This document shows positions 50,301-59,649 of a stretch of 64,000 nt of DNA, in pieces (position 1 is the first letter of the stretch; each line of letters opens with the position of its first letter). This stretch comes from Octopus sinensis (lineage: Eukaryota). The notes beneath the pieces are model-generated. The model was given only the letters and a program-made list of their open reading frames with translations. It was not told the DNA's origin and made no database searches. Made by a program: the position numbers and the translations under genes. Location of the stretch: assembly GCF_006345805.1 (NCBI RefSeq), contig NC_043013.1:26102001-26166000 (forward strand), read 5' to 3'.

Positions 50301-53300
50301 TATCCATGCAATCTCATTATGTAAATAGCTCATCTTAGCCCTGATGTGGAAAGCTGACCTGTAATGGATGAAGAGGTCCTGGCAAGTTGATTTGTGGTAG
50401 AACACCATGTCAATTTTTCTCCATTATCTGTGACATTTAACTGAATGTCTAGCTAAGAGGGAGAACCATCGCTGTTTGAGTCTCCAATGGTGAAGCTAAT
50501 GAGTTGGTCCACCTTACTGAGATTCTTTAGCATTGTGGAAGTGTCCTCGTGGAATGAAGTGAGCATGAGGATCTCATACATATGAATGGTGTAAAAGGCA
50601 TATGAGTGGCAGATACTGAGTACCCTACACTCCAGTTGGTTTAAGTAAGTAATAGCAACCAGGCCTGAGATGTTCAGCCCCTATAGACAGGACTGAACAC
50701 TATATGTGTTTCCAAGGAAATCACAATGTGTGTTGGTGACAACAACTGACAGTATCTGGTAGACGTTGGCTGAAATAAATCTGAAACATATAAGGAGGTG
50801 ACACATTTCATGATCAGTTCAACCATGGTAAGGGCAGGAACAAAGAAGTGTAGTGAGACCATGTTTAAGCTGAAGGTATATCTGTTATATCTGAAGGTAT
50901 CAGAGATGGCCAGTGGCTCCAATAAAAGCATCATATGTCACCAACACCATCTTCTACCATCACCATGTGAAAAGACATCAAAACGACCAACGGTTGGAGA
51001 GTTGCTGCTAATCCTAATGCTGGGCAGTTTAAATAAAATAACAAAATTGATGTAACTAGACATTTTAAATTGTTTCCTTCTGAGGATGGGCCTTTGCACC
51101 TAAAATGTAAAAGTTTTTTGTAACACTTTCTGCCTTGTTAGAAGCTTTCTTTATTTTCCTTTTCTGCTTCTGTACTGCCATGCTTTAAGTGAGCTGCAAC
51201 ACTCATATATGTAATTGTAATTCATTGTCTAGTGTCAAAGGTAGTAACTTTTTTTTGGTTTACTCACAAGTATCCTCCTTCATTAAATTTAAACTTAAGA
51301 TTAAAATTATAATAATTATGGAAATCTCATCACACAAACAGAAGTAGGAAATACTTTTGTATGTTAAGGGAGAAAGGAGTACAGTCAAGTCTGATGAAAA
51401 TGAATTCAACCAACTTGCTTGCTTTTGAGTAATTTTGAATCTATTGGTAACATAAAATAGCTGTATTCTACACCTTTAATTGTGTGTGTGTGTGTATGCA
51501 AGCATGCATTTATATGTGCATTAATGCATTAACCGTATTCTACACTTGTAAACATATATAAATTAATTACATATTCATTATGATGAGTGCTCCATATTCA
51601 TTCAACAGATATGTAGATAATTAAAGAGAAACAAAAAGAGCATAATTAATTTAATTAACCATCAATGAATTGCTAGTTATTATTTCAATGGGTTGAAGAT
51701 TGGCAATAATAACTTTGATAGCATCTGACATCAGCTAAATAAAGTAAACTATATTATAGATGTACTTATCATATTGCATATGTAAACTATATAATAAAGA
51801 AAAAATAATGTATATATAATATGTGTATACATGTATCATGTGTCCTACATGATACATGTAAACAATATAATATACAGATTTGAATATTTTTAAAGAGTGT
51901 GATACATGTAATCATGTAATCTGTGCATGTGTAGAATATACATGTGTAAAATATGATGCATGTAAGTTAGATAATACATGACCCAAATAAGACATGTAAG
52001 TTTTATATGAGAATTTAAGTTCTCTACCTTCAAAATGTTGGTCTTTTTACAAATTTTTCCCCTCCAAATTTTTCCCAACAAAGATTGACAAGCAGCCTGG
52101 GACACAAATTTCTTATTGTTAATATTAAATGCTATTTGCATGCATGAAGCATCATTCCAAGTTTTCCGTCGTAGCAGCAGTAAATCTAATGTCCGTTTTT
52201 CATCCGCGTAGTAACATTCAGTCAAAATTCCAATGGCACGTTCTTCATAAAGACTAAAATTAACAGAAAAATCAGTATTTATAAAAGTTCCAAATCAAAT
52301 GAAAGAGAGAATATTTACATATTTATAATCAACCAACAATAACTTCAATATTGATTGGAGAAAAACTCTTGTGCATACTAAGTTGCCACTGTGATTCTCA
52401 GTTTTTATTTAGCATATAGACATTTTTAACAATGTCAGCATCAACAATTATCCACCTATCCATACATATTTTTATATATATACTCACTCAGCATGTTCCT
52501 GTAGTTGGATCCTTCTGTCATAATCTTTACACTTTGTTTTCAGGAATTCGAGCACATTATTTGCAATTAGAGCAGATGGTAAAGCGCCCTAGTAAAATGA
52601 CAATTGTATCAAAATACTAAATGTGAACACATTTAATCACAATATGCATAAGACAAATGAGAATTAAGTAATATCCAGCTGGAAAGGATGCTAGCGTTTC
52701 TTTCAGGTAACTGAATGTTTGCTTCTTTTACTAAACAGTTAGGTGAAGAGAGCCATACAAAATGAACTATCTTCCTCTGAGATTTAATGACAAGAATATA
52801 TTTTAATTAATTGAATCTATCAATTGAACAACTTGGTTAAAGTTAATTGTTATCAATATTCTCATTAGGTACCTTGCTAATTATTCTATATTAATTGACT
52901 GAATCCATTTGCATTATTTTCAATCTATTTCTAATGCTAGTACCATATTTCCTAAGCTAGTAGTCTTTACAGAGAGATTATAATAATAATGAAATTATTG
53001 TATACAGTGCTCAGGTGCACCACAACTTGTCAGAAAGTGCGTATAAAGTATATGCAGTAATGTACAAATGTCTGGAAAGTGAACAATGTATGAGTCAGAT
53101 ACATGCTTGTGTGTGTATGGAGGGGAGAAAATCAGGTGTAGTGTTGGCGAATCTCAGAAAGCATGGATGTTTTGAAGAATGCAGTGCTCCGATAACTAAC
53201 AACTGATGCCAACAGTTTGTTCCATGCTTCAGCAACTCTCAGTGTGAAAAAATGTTTCCTAAAGTCATGGGAGCTATGCTGTTTTCTGACTTTGTAAATA

Positions 53301-56300
53301 TGCCCACGGGTGTTAGACGGGTGGAGTTTGAAAAGGTGCTCAGAGTTATTGTTTGTAAGATGGTTAATAATTTTATGGGTGTCTGCCAAGTTAGCTGCCA
53401 GACATCGGAGCTTCAATGTATCCATGCCCAGGGAAATAAGGCGTTCAGAATATGGCAAATGCCTGATGGAGGGTATTCTTTTGGTTGCACGTCGCTGAAC
53501 GGCTTTCAGACGATTAATATCCTGGGCAAGATAGGGGTTCCAGACCGGTGATGCAAATTCCAGGTGAGGTCTTACCATAGCTATATAAAGCCGCAGATAG
53601 ATAGCCAGAGAGCAGCTCACAAAGGACTTGGTGAGTGATGCCAAGACACCCCTCAGCCTTCTTGGCAATTTTAGCAATGTGTTTTGTCCAACACAAATCG
53701 CTGTCGACAATAACACCCAGGTCATGTTCACACAAAGACTTTTTGAGATTAGTGTTGTGGAGGGAGTAAGTGGACGCTGGGTTTCTCCTCCCAAAATGCA
53801 TGGTGGTACATTTGTCCACAGCCAGCTTGAGTTGCCAGTCCATGATCCACTGCTGCATCGTGTCCAGGTCTGCTTGCAATAGAGATCTATAGTGTACAGG
53901 ATCTGACCTCTTTATTTTGAGGTACAGCTTGATGTCATCTGCATATTTCAGCACTGTGGCATTCTTTAAGTTGGCATCTATGTCATTAACATATACAACA
54001 AATAAAAGGGGGCCAAGAACAGATCCCTGTGGTACACCAGATGTCATCTCATAGGGTGAAGAGTGCTGTCCTAGAACTGTGACAACCTCTTTTCGGCTGA
54101 AAATAAAGGACTACGCCCAATGCAGAGAGTTTCACCATAAGTCTTTTGTGTGGCACAGAGTTAAAAGCCTTAGCAAAGTCCAGGTAAACAACATCCACCC
54201 AGGATCCGTGATCAGTGATTTGGGTAATGTCCTCAAGAAACTCGATGAGTTGATTACAGCAGCTGGAGTTAGGAATAAATCCAAATTGTGATGGCTGGAT
54301 GAGGCTGTGAGACTTCCAGAAGTTCCAGAGGGTTTCCCTGACACAGGATTCCATCAGTTTGGTGATGCAGCTAGTAAGACTAATGGGGCGACAGTTGACA
54401 GGCGATGTGCAGTCACCTTTTTTGAACAGAGGGATAACACTGGCAGTTTTCCACTGCTCTGGAGTAACACCATTGTCAAGACAGAATTGGAAGAATAGAG
54501 AAAGTTGGCTTAGAAGAAAGTACCCACCGCGTTTGAGAAGTAGGTATGTAACACCATCGAGACCAGGAGAGGCATAGTTGCGTTTATTCTTAAGGTGGCG
54601 TTGTAGCATTGCTGGTGTAAATTGCATAGTAGATATAGAGTCCGGTGTCAGTGGTGATGAAGATGGAACATTTTGGTCTTCGACAGTAAAGACACCGGCA
54701 TAGCATCCAGCAATGATTTCTGCACATTCTTTGGGATTGCCAGTAATCTGTCCTGTGTGGTGATTGCGAAGGGGACCAACTGGAGAGTGAGGTCTCTGCC
54801 TTGAGTGCATATACTTCCAGAACATTTTGCTGTCAGGGTTGGTTGCAATGCGTTTTTTGTCACCCGCTTGAAGTGGTTGGCTGACCTATTGTGCTTTTCC
54901 TGTTGATCTCTGATTTGTGCAATTTGTATTCCTGTTCAGCATTACGGCATTCTTTCCTGGCAAGTCGGACTGCTGCAGTCTCCCAAATTTCACTATTGGG
55001 TGGTTTTTTGTGCTTGCGTGGTACTGATGCTGCACATGCTGCCCATATTGAATTCAGAATGTTCTGGAGTATAGTGGCCACATCTCCAGAGGCATAAAAT
55101 TCAAGCCAGTTTGGGTGTTGCAGCTCAGTACAATAAGAGCTCTAGTCTGCTTTATTCCAGTCAAAGCGGGCAGTTTGAAGATGGTTGTGGTTTTTGTTAC
55201 AACCAATCAGAGACAAGTCGGCCATGATCATGGAATGATCGGAGTCACCTAAAGGTTCTTCAGTAGTGACACTAATGATTGTTTCAGGAGAAGCGGTAAG
55301 TAGCAGATCCAAAGTGTTGTTACCCTCTTGTGGAGGAGGTAACGACTTGGGACCAATTTGAATTCAGCACCAGTTCAAGGAAATTGTCTGCACTTTGCGG
55401 CCAACGGAAGGCCTCCCTGTCAATCTCAGGGAAATTGAAGTGGCCCGCAATATAAACGTATGTGGCTGTTTTTATGGCAGCAGCTCTGAGGATATCAAAA
55501 CGCTGTGCGTCTTGACGATAATTATATCTTGCATAAGTACAAATTCTTGTTGAAGGAAGAGATATTTAATTCCATTCAATTCATAGAGCGAACATAGTGA
55601 AGTGGAAGGCAAAAGAGAACTTCAAACTTGAAATGGAACAGAGATTTAACTATAGACTGTAATAAATGTAATTTAGTGGTCAATTTGACTTGGCCATCTT
55701 CTCTTACAATATTTTCTCTTTAACCCATTCTTGCCGAAATTTTTCTAGTGAATGAAATTACCTGAAACTTCACATATACTATCATATTGACCTAAATAAC
55801 AACTGGAAAGAATTTCGTTGAAATCTGTTTGACACAGACTGCATATGGATTAAGAACATGTTTCATTCTTTCATACAGATCATACACAAATCACAATTTG
55901 TATCGAGTATTTGTTTGATAGCCTTATAAATTAAGTGTCAGTTTAAACAGCCAATCGGCATGAATATGTTAAAGAATTACATAGACTATAAGCTATTCAG
56001 TTTGGTGTTCTACTATCTTGGTGTTTGAAATAACTTGTCTAAAGAAGAAACTGCTTGACGTGTAAGGTATCTAAGCAGTTGCTTTACTATCTTCAACATC
56101 TCAACTATCTTTTCAAAAATATCTTCAAAAAGAAGAAGCTTCCTTGGCTCAGCAGTATGTAGTCTGATGCTCTTTCAAAATAATAAATATGTAAATAACT
56201 ATTTTATACTGTATTGCAACCTCAGAAGAAAATTAGGACAGCAAGGTGGCAGAAATGTCAAGGAATCAAATGTTTTACAATATTTTAGCATTTTTACTCT

Positions 56301-57397
56301 AAAGTTTGAGTTGAAGAACCAATATGGTTGACTGGTTAAGTGACTATACATGTCCTCTGAAAAAACTTGCCTTGTATCTAGACAAATGAGTCATTTATGT
56401 GGCTCTTACAACAAACCAACTTACCATGCCTTCTTTCCAAAATAGAAAAGCCATTTCTTTTCTGTTTAAATATAATGCCCATAAGAACAATTTTATTGCA
56501 ATGTAAAAGCTATCTGAAATAAGAAGCAGACAAATAAAAAAATGTGATACAATTAATTCAAATATTAGGAATGAAAAGAAAACAGAAAACTGAAGGAAAT
56601 TATTACAGATTTTATCAGACCATCTATTTTCTAAATTTGACTATTTTCTGGACTCCTTAGAAGCAAAACAAAAAGAAAATATGAAAAAAATTAACTTCAG
56701 AAATATTTAACTTAAATATTATGACATTATTCTACAACTTCTGCTAAATCAATGCATTAATATTGATCTCAAATTTTAGCACAAGGCCAGAAATTTAAGG
56801 AAAAGGTAAGGTCAACTTCAGCAGATTTTGAACACAGAGTATTAAGATGGCCAAAATGCATTCTGTCCAGCATGTTAATGATTTACCACCTTATTATCAA
56901 TAATAATAATAATAATAATAATCCTTTCTACTAAAGGGTAGGGGGATAGTTAATTGCATCAAACACCAGTACTCAACTGGTATTTTTTTAATCAACCCTG
57001 AAAGGATGAAAGGCAAAGCCAACCTCAACGGAATTTGAGCTCAGAAAATAAGGATGGATGAAATACTGCTAAACATTTTGCCTGGTGTGCTGACAGTCCT
57101 ACCAGCTCATTGCCTTAATAATAACAATAATAATAATAGTAATAATGGTTTCACATTTTGCCACAAGGGCAGCAATTTGGATGGAGAGGACAAGTCGATT
57201 ACAGTGACCCCAGTGTTCAGCTGGTACTTTTATTTTATCAACACCAAAAAGATGGAAGGCAAAGTTGACCTCTGTAGAATCTGAACTCAGAATGGAGGGA
57301 CGGGTGAAATGCCTCAAAGCATTTCATCTAATGTGCTAACAATTCTGCCAGCTCGCCACCTTTATACTTACTACAACTACTACTACTACTACTACTA

Positions 57398-57429
<32 letters not shown>

Positions 57430-59442
57430 CCTTTCTACTAAAAGTATAAAGCCTGGGAGGGGACTAGTCGATTACATCAACCCAAGTGTTTCACTGGTAC
57501 TTCATTTATCAAACTCAAAAGGATGAAAAGCAAAGTCGACCTCAGTGTAATTTGAACTCAGAACATAAGGATAGACGAAATGCCACTAAGCATTTTGCCC
57601 AGCATGCAAACGTTTCAACCAGCTTACTGGCTTAATAATAATAATAAGAAAGATCCCTGGCTTACCATCCATGCAAGAAGTGCAAAAGATTGTTTTCATT
57701 AAGCATCACACTGAGAAGAGCATTGTTGCTGTGAATTTTCTTTGCTTTCTTTTCTTCCTTTTCTCTCTTCCTTTCTATTTTTCTTTTCTTTCTTTCTTCC
57801 TTTTTTTTTCTATAACATATCTTGACTTGGTAAATGAACAATCTGGTAAGTTTACTTTAATACCCTACCAATGTATGTAGTAAGTTTCCCTGTCCTGTGT
57901 CAGGAAGACACTAAGCAAGAATCATCATCATCGTTTAACGTCCGTTTTCCATGCTAGCATGGGTTGGACAGTTCAATCAGTGTCTGGGAAGCCAGGAGGC
58001 TGTGCCAGGCTCCAGTCTGTTCTGGCATTGTTTCTACAGCTGGATGTCCTTCCTAACGCCAACCACACCGTGAGTGTAGTGGGTACTTTTTACGTGCCAC
58101 CGGCACAGGGGCCAGAGGAGGCTGGCAAACAGCCATGATCGGTTGGTGCATTTTACGTGTCACTGACATGGATGGAAGTCAGACAGTGCTGACATCAGCC
58201 ATGTTTGGATGGTGCTTTTTACATGCCACCGGCACGGGTATCACAACTACAATTTCCATTTGATTTTTATTTTGATGTTGATGTACTTGACTCAATAGGT
58301 CTCCTCAAGCAAAGTGGGTCACCCTACGATCCAAGGTTTTAGCACAGCAGGCCGTCCTGTGAGCCATGGACTCACTTCATTTGTCGGGTCTTCACAGTCA
58401 CACCATATCTCAGAGGTCTCAGTCTTTCGTCATTGCCTCTGTGAGGCCCAACGTCACACTGGTATGAGTATCACAACTACAATATCCATTTATACTTGAC
58501 TCAATAGGTCTCCTCAAGCACGGTAGGTCGCCCTACAATCCAAGGTTAGCACAGCAGGCCGTCCTGTGAGCTATGAACTCACTTCATTTGTCGGGTCTTC
58601 GCAGTCACAGCATATCTCCAGAGGTCTTGGTCTTTCGTCATAGCCTCAGTGAGGCCGAACGTTCAAAGGTCATGCTTGACCACCTCATCCAATGTCTTCT
58701 TGGGTCTACCTCTACCCCGAATTCCTTCAACAGTTTGGGAATGGCACTTCTTCACACATCTCTCCTCATCCATCCGTAGTACATGACCATGCCAATGCAA
58801 ACGTCTCTCCTGCATGCTACATCCAATGCTTCTTATGTCCAACATTTCTCTCAGGGTGCTTACACTCTGTCGTGCATGCACACTGACATTACACATCCAG
58901 CAGATCATGCTAGCTTCATTTCTTTCAAGCCTACACATGTCCTCCGCAGTCACTGCCCATGTTTCACTGCTGTGAAGCATGGCAGTTTGCACACATGCGT
59001 CATACAATCTACCTTTCACTCTGAGTGAGAGACCCTTTGTCGCCAGTAGGGGAAGGAGCTTTCTAAACTTTGCCCAGGCTATTCTTATTCTAGTGGTAAC
59101 ACTCTCTGAGCATCCACCCCCACTAATAACTTCGTCACCTAGGTAGCAGAAACTATCAACTACTTCTAGTTTCTCCCCCTGGAGTGCAATGGAATCTGTT
59201 TTCTGAGTATCTGTGGTGTCTATTGCCCCTGTGCATCTGCCACACATGAAAGCTATCTTCTTGGTATCTCAGAGTATGATCTGATGGATGTGTAATGTTA
59301 ATTTTCCTTTGTGTACAAAATTGAAAGAAGGAAAATAATAACAATAATAATAATGACCTGTTATCCTTTCCACAAAATATCCCTCATTCATGAGTTTATT
59401 GAGTAAAGAATGTCCATTTTCAATGCTAATATCTTTATTTTG
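7555..59442 (-). CDS. TRPM: TRPM-family (melastatin) cation channel, 3' ~60% of the gene: 15 exons, 619 aa visible, N-terminus outside window
   Basis: Exons joined by hand: 59358-59442, 56425-56513, 52488-52588, 52028-52253, 49739-49804, 48669-48694, 43690-43783, 41890-42018, 33477-33722, 27465-27639, 21475-21601, 17870-18060, 14717-14834, 9045-9168, 7555-7617. All GT-AG, phases chain without frameshift, sum 1860 nt. TRPM motifs: LFLWALYLNRKEMA, YEERAIGILTECY, FYNAP, EEIHQ, WNVVD, LGPKL, YGELF, NLLIAMF, WSFQRY, RPPLPPPF. Paralog identity not determined. Confidence 0.95.
7900..8125 (+). mobile_element. SINE family A, 3' half, decayed
   Basis: Homologous to 31540-31700 and, inverted, to 38840-39060. 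Confidence 0.55.
9045..9168 (-). CDS. TRPM: TRPM penultimate exon (IDQLELPK...LNQRLQNIEEK), coiled coil
   Basis: cattgcag / AAG|gtttgc; 124 nt; open frame; phase 2 to 0; heptad pattern. Confidence 0.8.
9790..10200 (-). mobile_element. hAT transposase C-terminal (dimerisation) relic
   Basis: LTEVFLNIIVALKEYL..TRCEAERNFS matches the hAT 'FPN...AL...LT......AER.FS' motif. Confidence 0.6.
11490..11800 (+). mobile_element. tRNA-derived SINE (family E)
   Basis: Decayed tRNA-like head with B box gtttgaatc; body cctgcgatgg...cccatccagg; (AAC)n tail. Confidence 0.6.
11880..12385 (+). mobile_element. RTE LINE 3' fragment
   Basis: VVDSFHSLGDQVSS...ARMRIAWEKFRELLP, same family as 39240-41175. Confidence 0.8.
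13089..13304. mobile_element. Tc1/mariner-type MITE
   Basis: TA|caaggggtgctgaaaaggtcctg ... caggaactttacagcagcccctca|TA; degenerate ~25-bp TIRs. Confidence 0.7.
14717..14834 (-). CDS. TRPM: TRPM exon rib helix (KTYKTDLEKEKEKDLILWEDQMVDSYIARQ)
   Basis: tttcacag / TT|gtaagt; 118 nt; resembles the TRPM 'L..(F/W)E.....Y' helix; phase fits. Confidence 0.88.
15400..17460 (+). mobile_element. old RTE-clade LINE relic hosting the minisatellite
   Basis: Broken frames resembling GNIPAELLK, TTEQIF, VGVHQ..LLSFT.., KLKWYG and QRT.VGK...KW. Confidence 0.7.
16699..17286. repeat. minisatellite, 14 x 42 bp (GTGGTCTTGCAAAGATTACTAAATCTTCTTTTTCAAAGAACT and variants)
   Basis: 14 contiguous units counted; no spacers. 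Confidence 0.98.
17870..18060 (-). CDS. TRPM: TRPM exon TRP helix/box (WSFQRYELIFEF..RPPLPPPF)
   Basis: tttcag / T|gtaaat; 191 nt. Confidence 0.97.
19790..20230 (-). mobile_element. decayed non-LTR relic, possibly R4/Dong-like
   Basis: FHINSDIDSFYLKCK*GGNGL resembles 'DRLYLPRKEGGRGL'. Confidence 0.4.
20375..20443. repeat. (TG)26(CG)5 alternating purine-pyrimidine tract
   Basis: Direct reading. Confidence 0.95.
21475..21601 (-). CDS. TRPM: TRPM exon outer pore loop and S6 (ENCDASNSTCP...TNILLLNLLIAMF)
   Basis: tttcag / AG|gtaag; 127 nt; not in the ORF track, found by phase matching. Confidence 0.97.
21825..22365 (-). mobile_element. composite/nested SINE: family C tail 21825-22015 plus family B body and head 22030-22365
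   Basis: Homology to 4660-4850 and to 34650-34975. Confidence 0.75.
22650..23605 (+). mobile_element. four head-to-tail copies of tRNA-derived SINE family D separated by (ATT)n/(ACT)n
   Basis: Repeated ctggcagaatcgttagca...gagttcaaattcc...gccttgtg...agtagaaagga units at about 22650, 22905, 23113 and 23378. Confidence 0.85.
23650..26370 (+). mobile_element. Tx1/L1-clade LINE, 5'-truncated ORF2 (RT + C-terminal Zn finger), young
   Basis: 648-aa ORF (SPGLDGLPYE, DQSKAFDRV, RQRCPLS, YADD, GGLG). One TGA at 25612, then the same frame continues through CPRC..HALVQC to 26088. 3' UTR with AATAAA and (ATT)n tail. Confidence 0.95.
26380..26585 (+). mobile_element. SINE family D copy
   Basis: Homology to 22650-22866. 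Confidence 0.8.
26970..27335 (-). mobile_element. RTE LINE 3'-UTR-only insertion; similar copies at 28230-28410 (-), 31960-32302 (+), 48775-49065 (-)
   Basis: (CAT)n-cgtttaacgtccg..catgctagcatgggttgg, the same terminus as the longer RTE copies. Confidence 0.8.
27465..27639 (-). CDS. TRPM: TRPM exon S5, pore helix and filter (YGELFLDEY)
   Basis: tttcag / G|gtaaac; 175 nt. Confidence 0.97.
28602..29920. repeat. 637-bp direct tandem duplication bounded by (TA)n tracts
   Basis: 28644-29242 is repeated at 29281-29879; no difference noticed. Confidence 0.95.
28805..29242. mobile_element. 438-bp MITE with 13-bp TIR GTGAAGGGAAGAA flanked by TA; second copy at 29442-29879
   Basis: TIRs at 28805-28817 and 29230-29242. 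Confidence 0.65.
29925..31420 (-). mobile_element. RTE LINE 3' portion (RT, PHD-like insert, 3' UTR)
   Basis: GYPWELLYADDLAL, WPCSICRKGVGRNSIRCTQC, GRGRPKKTLDEVVKHDL. Confidence 0.9.
31420..31700 (+). mobile_element. SINE family A (CORE-like ggcaccttgg.caa motif) abutting the RTE copy
   Basis: Homologous (inverted) to 41325-41480 and 38840-39060. Confidence 0.65.
33477..33722 (-). CDS. TRPM: TRPM exon S3-S4 and S4-S5 linker
   Basis: tttcag / ATG|gtgagt; 246 nt; DIWNVVD, IRFLY, LGPKLIMIKKM. Confidence 0.97.
33808..34192 (+). mobile_element. SINE family D, long-tail copy followed by a second partial copy
   Basis: Well-preserved head with B box gagttcaaattcc; tail 33989-34040 resembles the Tx1 LINE 3' end. 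Confidence 0.85.
34650..34975 (-). mobile_element. tRNA-derived SINE family B, well preserved
   Basis: A box tggcttagtgg, B box gttcgattccc, then gtccttgagcaagacact; no tRNA acceptor stem. Confidence 0.88.
35070..35087 (-). CDS. candidate 18-nt cassette microexon IFKREM in the S2-S3 linker
   Basis: CTGAC branch-like motif, tttattctttcag acceptor, ATG|gtaagtatt donor; phase 0-0 fits the flanking exons; not needed for the frame; no transcript evidence. Confidence 0.5.
35259..35349. repeat. inverted repeat: 39-bp arms, 13-nt loop
   Basis: 35259-35297 pairs with 35311-35349; the single mismatch is G.U on the minus strand. Confidence 0.95.
35460..36200 (-). mobile_element. probable Penelope pseudo-LTR remnants carrying hammerhead-type motifs
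   Basis: Motifs at 35560-35597 and 36084-36152; 35890-35960 recurs at 49090-49150. Assignment to PLE is inferred from the known PLE-hammerhead association. Confidence 0.45.
36084..36152 (-). ncRNA. type I hammerhead ribozyme motif with intact core
   Basis: UUAUCA-CUGAAGA-GGUGAAAAUUC(UUAU)GAAUUAACCCC-GAAA-UUGGGACCAA-UA/UGGUAA; stems I-III can all be drawn; AUA cleavage triplet. Confidence 0.7.
36240..37590 (+). mobile_element. RTE LINE 3' end with pyrimidine-rich 3' UTR and (GAT)n tail
   Basis: LHWFGQVMHMN...QEDMG*S homology to the other RTE copies; tail at 37572-37588. Confidence 0.65.
37661..37804. repeat. degenerate fold-back element with two opposed hammerhead-like relics
   Basis: tattattaaagctgcaaaatattca versus tgaatattttgtagttttaataata; CTGACAA..GAAAC at 37743-37764. 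Confidence 0.55.
38840..39060 (-). mobile_element. SINE family A 3' half; the matching 5' half lies at 41325-41480
   Basis: Two halves of one family in the same orientation either side of the RTE insertion; they may be a single split copy. Confidence 0.6.
39240..41175 (+). mobile_element. RTE LINE 3' portion with 282-aa ORF (RT end, PHD finger, thumb) and modular 3' UTR
   Basis: ORF 39590-40438; DMEKASDRV and upstream YADD-region relics; (GAT)n tail. Confidence 0.92.
41325..41480 (-). mobile_element. SINE family A head
   Basis: tRNA-like ggtaagtagcttgc..ggttcagtccc followed by ggcaccttgggca. Confidence 0.75.
41890..42018 (-). CDS. TRPM: TRPM exon S1-S2 IFYIIFLGLYSYVLL...FTEEIHQ
   Basis: tttcag / CAG|gtaaat; 129 nt; two TM helices; EExxQ motif. 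Confidence 0.97.
42985..43200 (-). mobile_element. SINE family D copy
   Basis: Inverted homology to 22650-22866. Confidence 0.7.
43690..43783 (-). CDS. TRPM: TRPM exon (pre-S1 / start of S1) CCCKPCGRCCRMFCRCASFYNAPIIKFLSNL
   Basis: atctag / TTG|gtatgt; 94 nt; FYNAP motif; in-frame alternative acceptor possible at 43738. Confidence 0.9.
43841..46960. repeat. 1558-bp direct tandem duplication bounded by (TG)n tracts
   Basis: 43855-45390 is repeated at 45413-46948; ORF translations identical in both copies. Confidence 0.95.
43990..44880 (-). mobile_element. RTE-BovB-like LINE relic (duplicated at 45548-46438)
   Basis: FPVTHSVKQGYVLTPALL; VYIHTRVDMVLLELSRLRS (cf. 'YRTDGKLFNLRRL'); KRYGCPDIF. 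Confidence 0.65.
48669..48694 (-). CDS. TRPM: TRPM 26-nt microexon DNNKETNK(S)
   Basis: tatttgcag / TC|gtaagt; the only candidate I found that converts phase 0 (49739) to phase 2 (43783). Confidence 0.8.
49739..49804 (-). CDS. TRPM: TRPM exon (pre-S1 elbow) LLLCILCPLFIFFIHFHDKDKQ
   Basis: tttcag / CAG|gtaatg; 66 nt; phase 0-0. Confidence 0.9.
50050..51060 (-). mobile_element. decayed Penelope-like RT relic
   Basis: LISFTIG...LDIQ...VFYHKST.QDLFIHYRSA..FLKVLETNGY. Confidence 0.6.
52028..52253 (-). CDS. TRPM: TRPM exon (MHR4) LYEERAIGILTECY...QSLLGKIWRGKICKKTNILK
   Basis: attttag / AAG|gtagag; 226 nt; strong similarity to TRPM2-type 'AIGVFTECY..DE.RA..LL....W...C..A......F....Q..L..W.G'. Confidence 0.97.
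52488..52588 (-). CDS. TRPM: TRPM exon (MHR4) GALPSALIANNVLEFLKTKCKDYDRRIQLQEHA
   Basis: ttttactag / GA|gtgagt; 101 nt; phase 0 to 2; resembles the TRPM 'AAAL.A..L' helix. Confidence 0.92.
52980..55520 (-). mobile_element. CR1-clade LINE, 5'-truncated, frameshifted (APE end, RT, 3' UTR, (ATT)n tail)
   Basis: TLDLLL..LGDSDH; SPGLDG; LDFAKAFNSVPH; SGVPQGSVLGPLLF; YADDIK; VRPHLEFASPVWNP; TRGH..K; FFTLRVAEAWNKL. Confidence 0.95.
56425..56513 (-). CDS. TRPM: TRPM exon (MHR4) DSFYIAIKLFLWALYLNRKEMAFLFWKEGM
   Basis: tttcag / ATG|gtaagt; 89 nt; matches the TRPM LFLWA..NR..MA..FW motif. Confidence 0.95.
56780..57650 (-). mobile_element. train of about four SINE family D copies separated by (AAT)n/(ACT)n
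   Basis: Inverted homology to the 22650-23605 train. Confidence 0.8.
57920..59270 (-). mobile_element. RTE LINE 3' portion with a duplicated ~220-bp 3' segment
   Basis: ORF 58663-59247; 58237-58457 resembles 58465-58660. Confidence 0.9.
59358..59442 (-). CDS. TRPM: TRPM exon (MHR3/4 linker) QNKDISIENGHSLLNKLMNEGYFVERIT
   Basis: Long pyrimidine tract + cag acceptor; CAG|gtcatt donor (weaker); 85 nt; ends phase 1, matching the next exon. Confidence 0.8.
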
Positions 59443-59649
59443 CTGAAAAATTAAAATTAAAAATTAAAATTAAAAAGAATGTCATATGTATGTATTATCA
59501 TTTCAAGCTATGTTGTAAATTATAATTTATGAGTAATTAGTATACTAGATTAATATCATCAAAGACTTTAACTGAAAGTAATTTATACAAATTGAAATTA
59601 AACACAGTTTACATATCATTATCATTGTTACAATGGTCACTCAGGTTAT

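Noticed and set aside
51074-51113. CTGAGGA...TAAA hammerhead-like motif beside the PLE relic
   Set aside because: GAAA is mutated to TAAA and stem II is broken; predicted inactive.
57666-57842. Open K/E/R-rich frame ending at a gtaag donor
   Set aside because: The only open frame is phase 2-2 but this intron is phase 1; the acceptor is weak; mostly low-complexity purine sequence.
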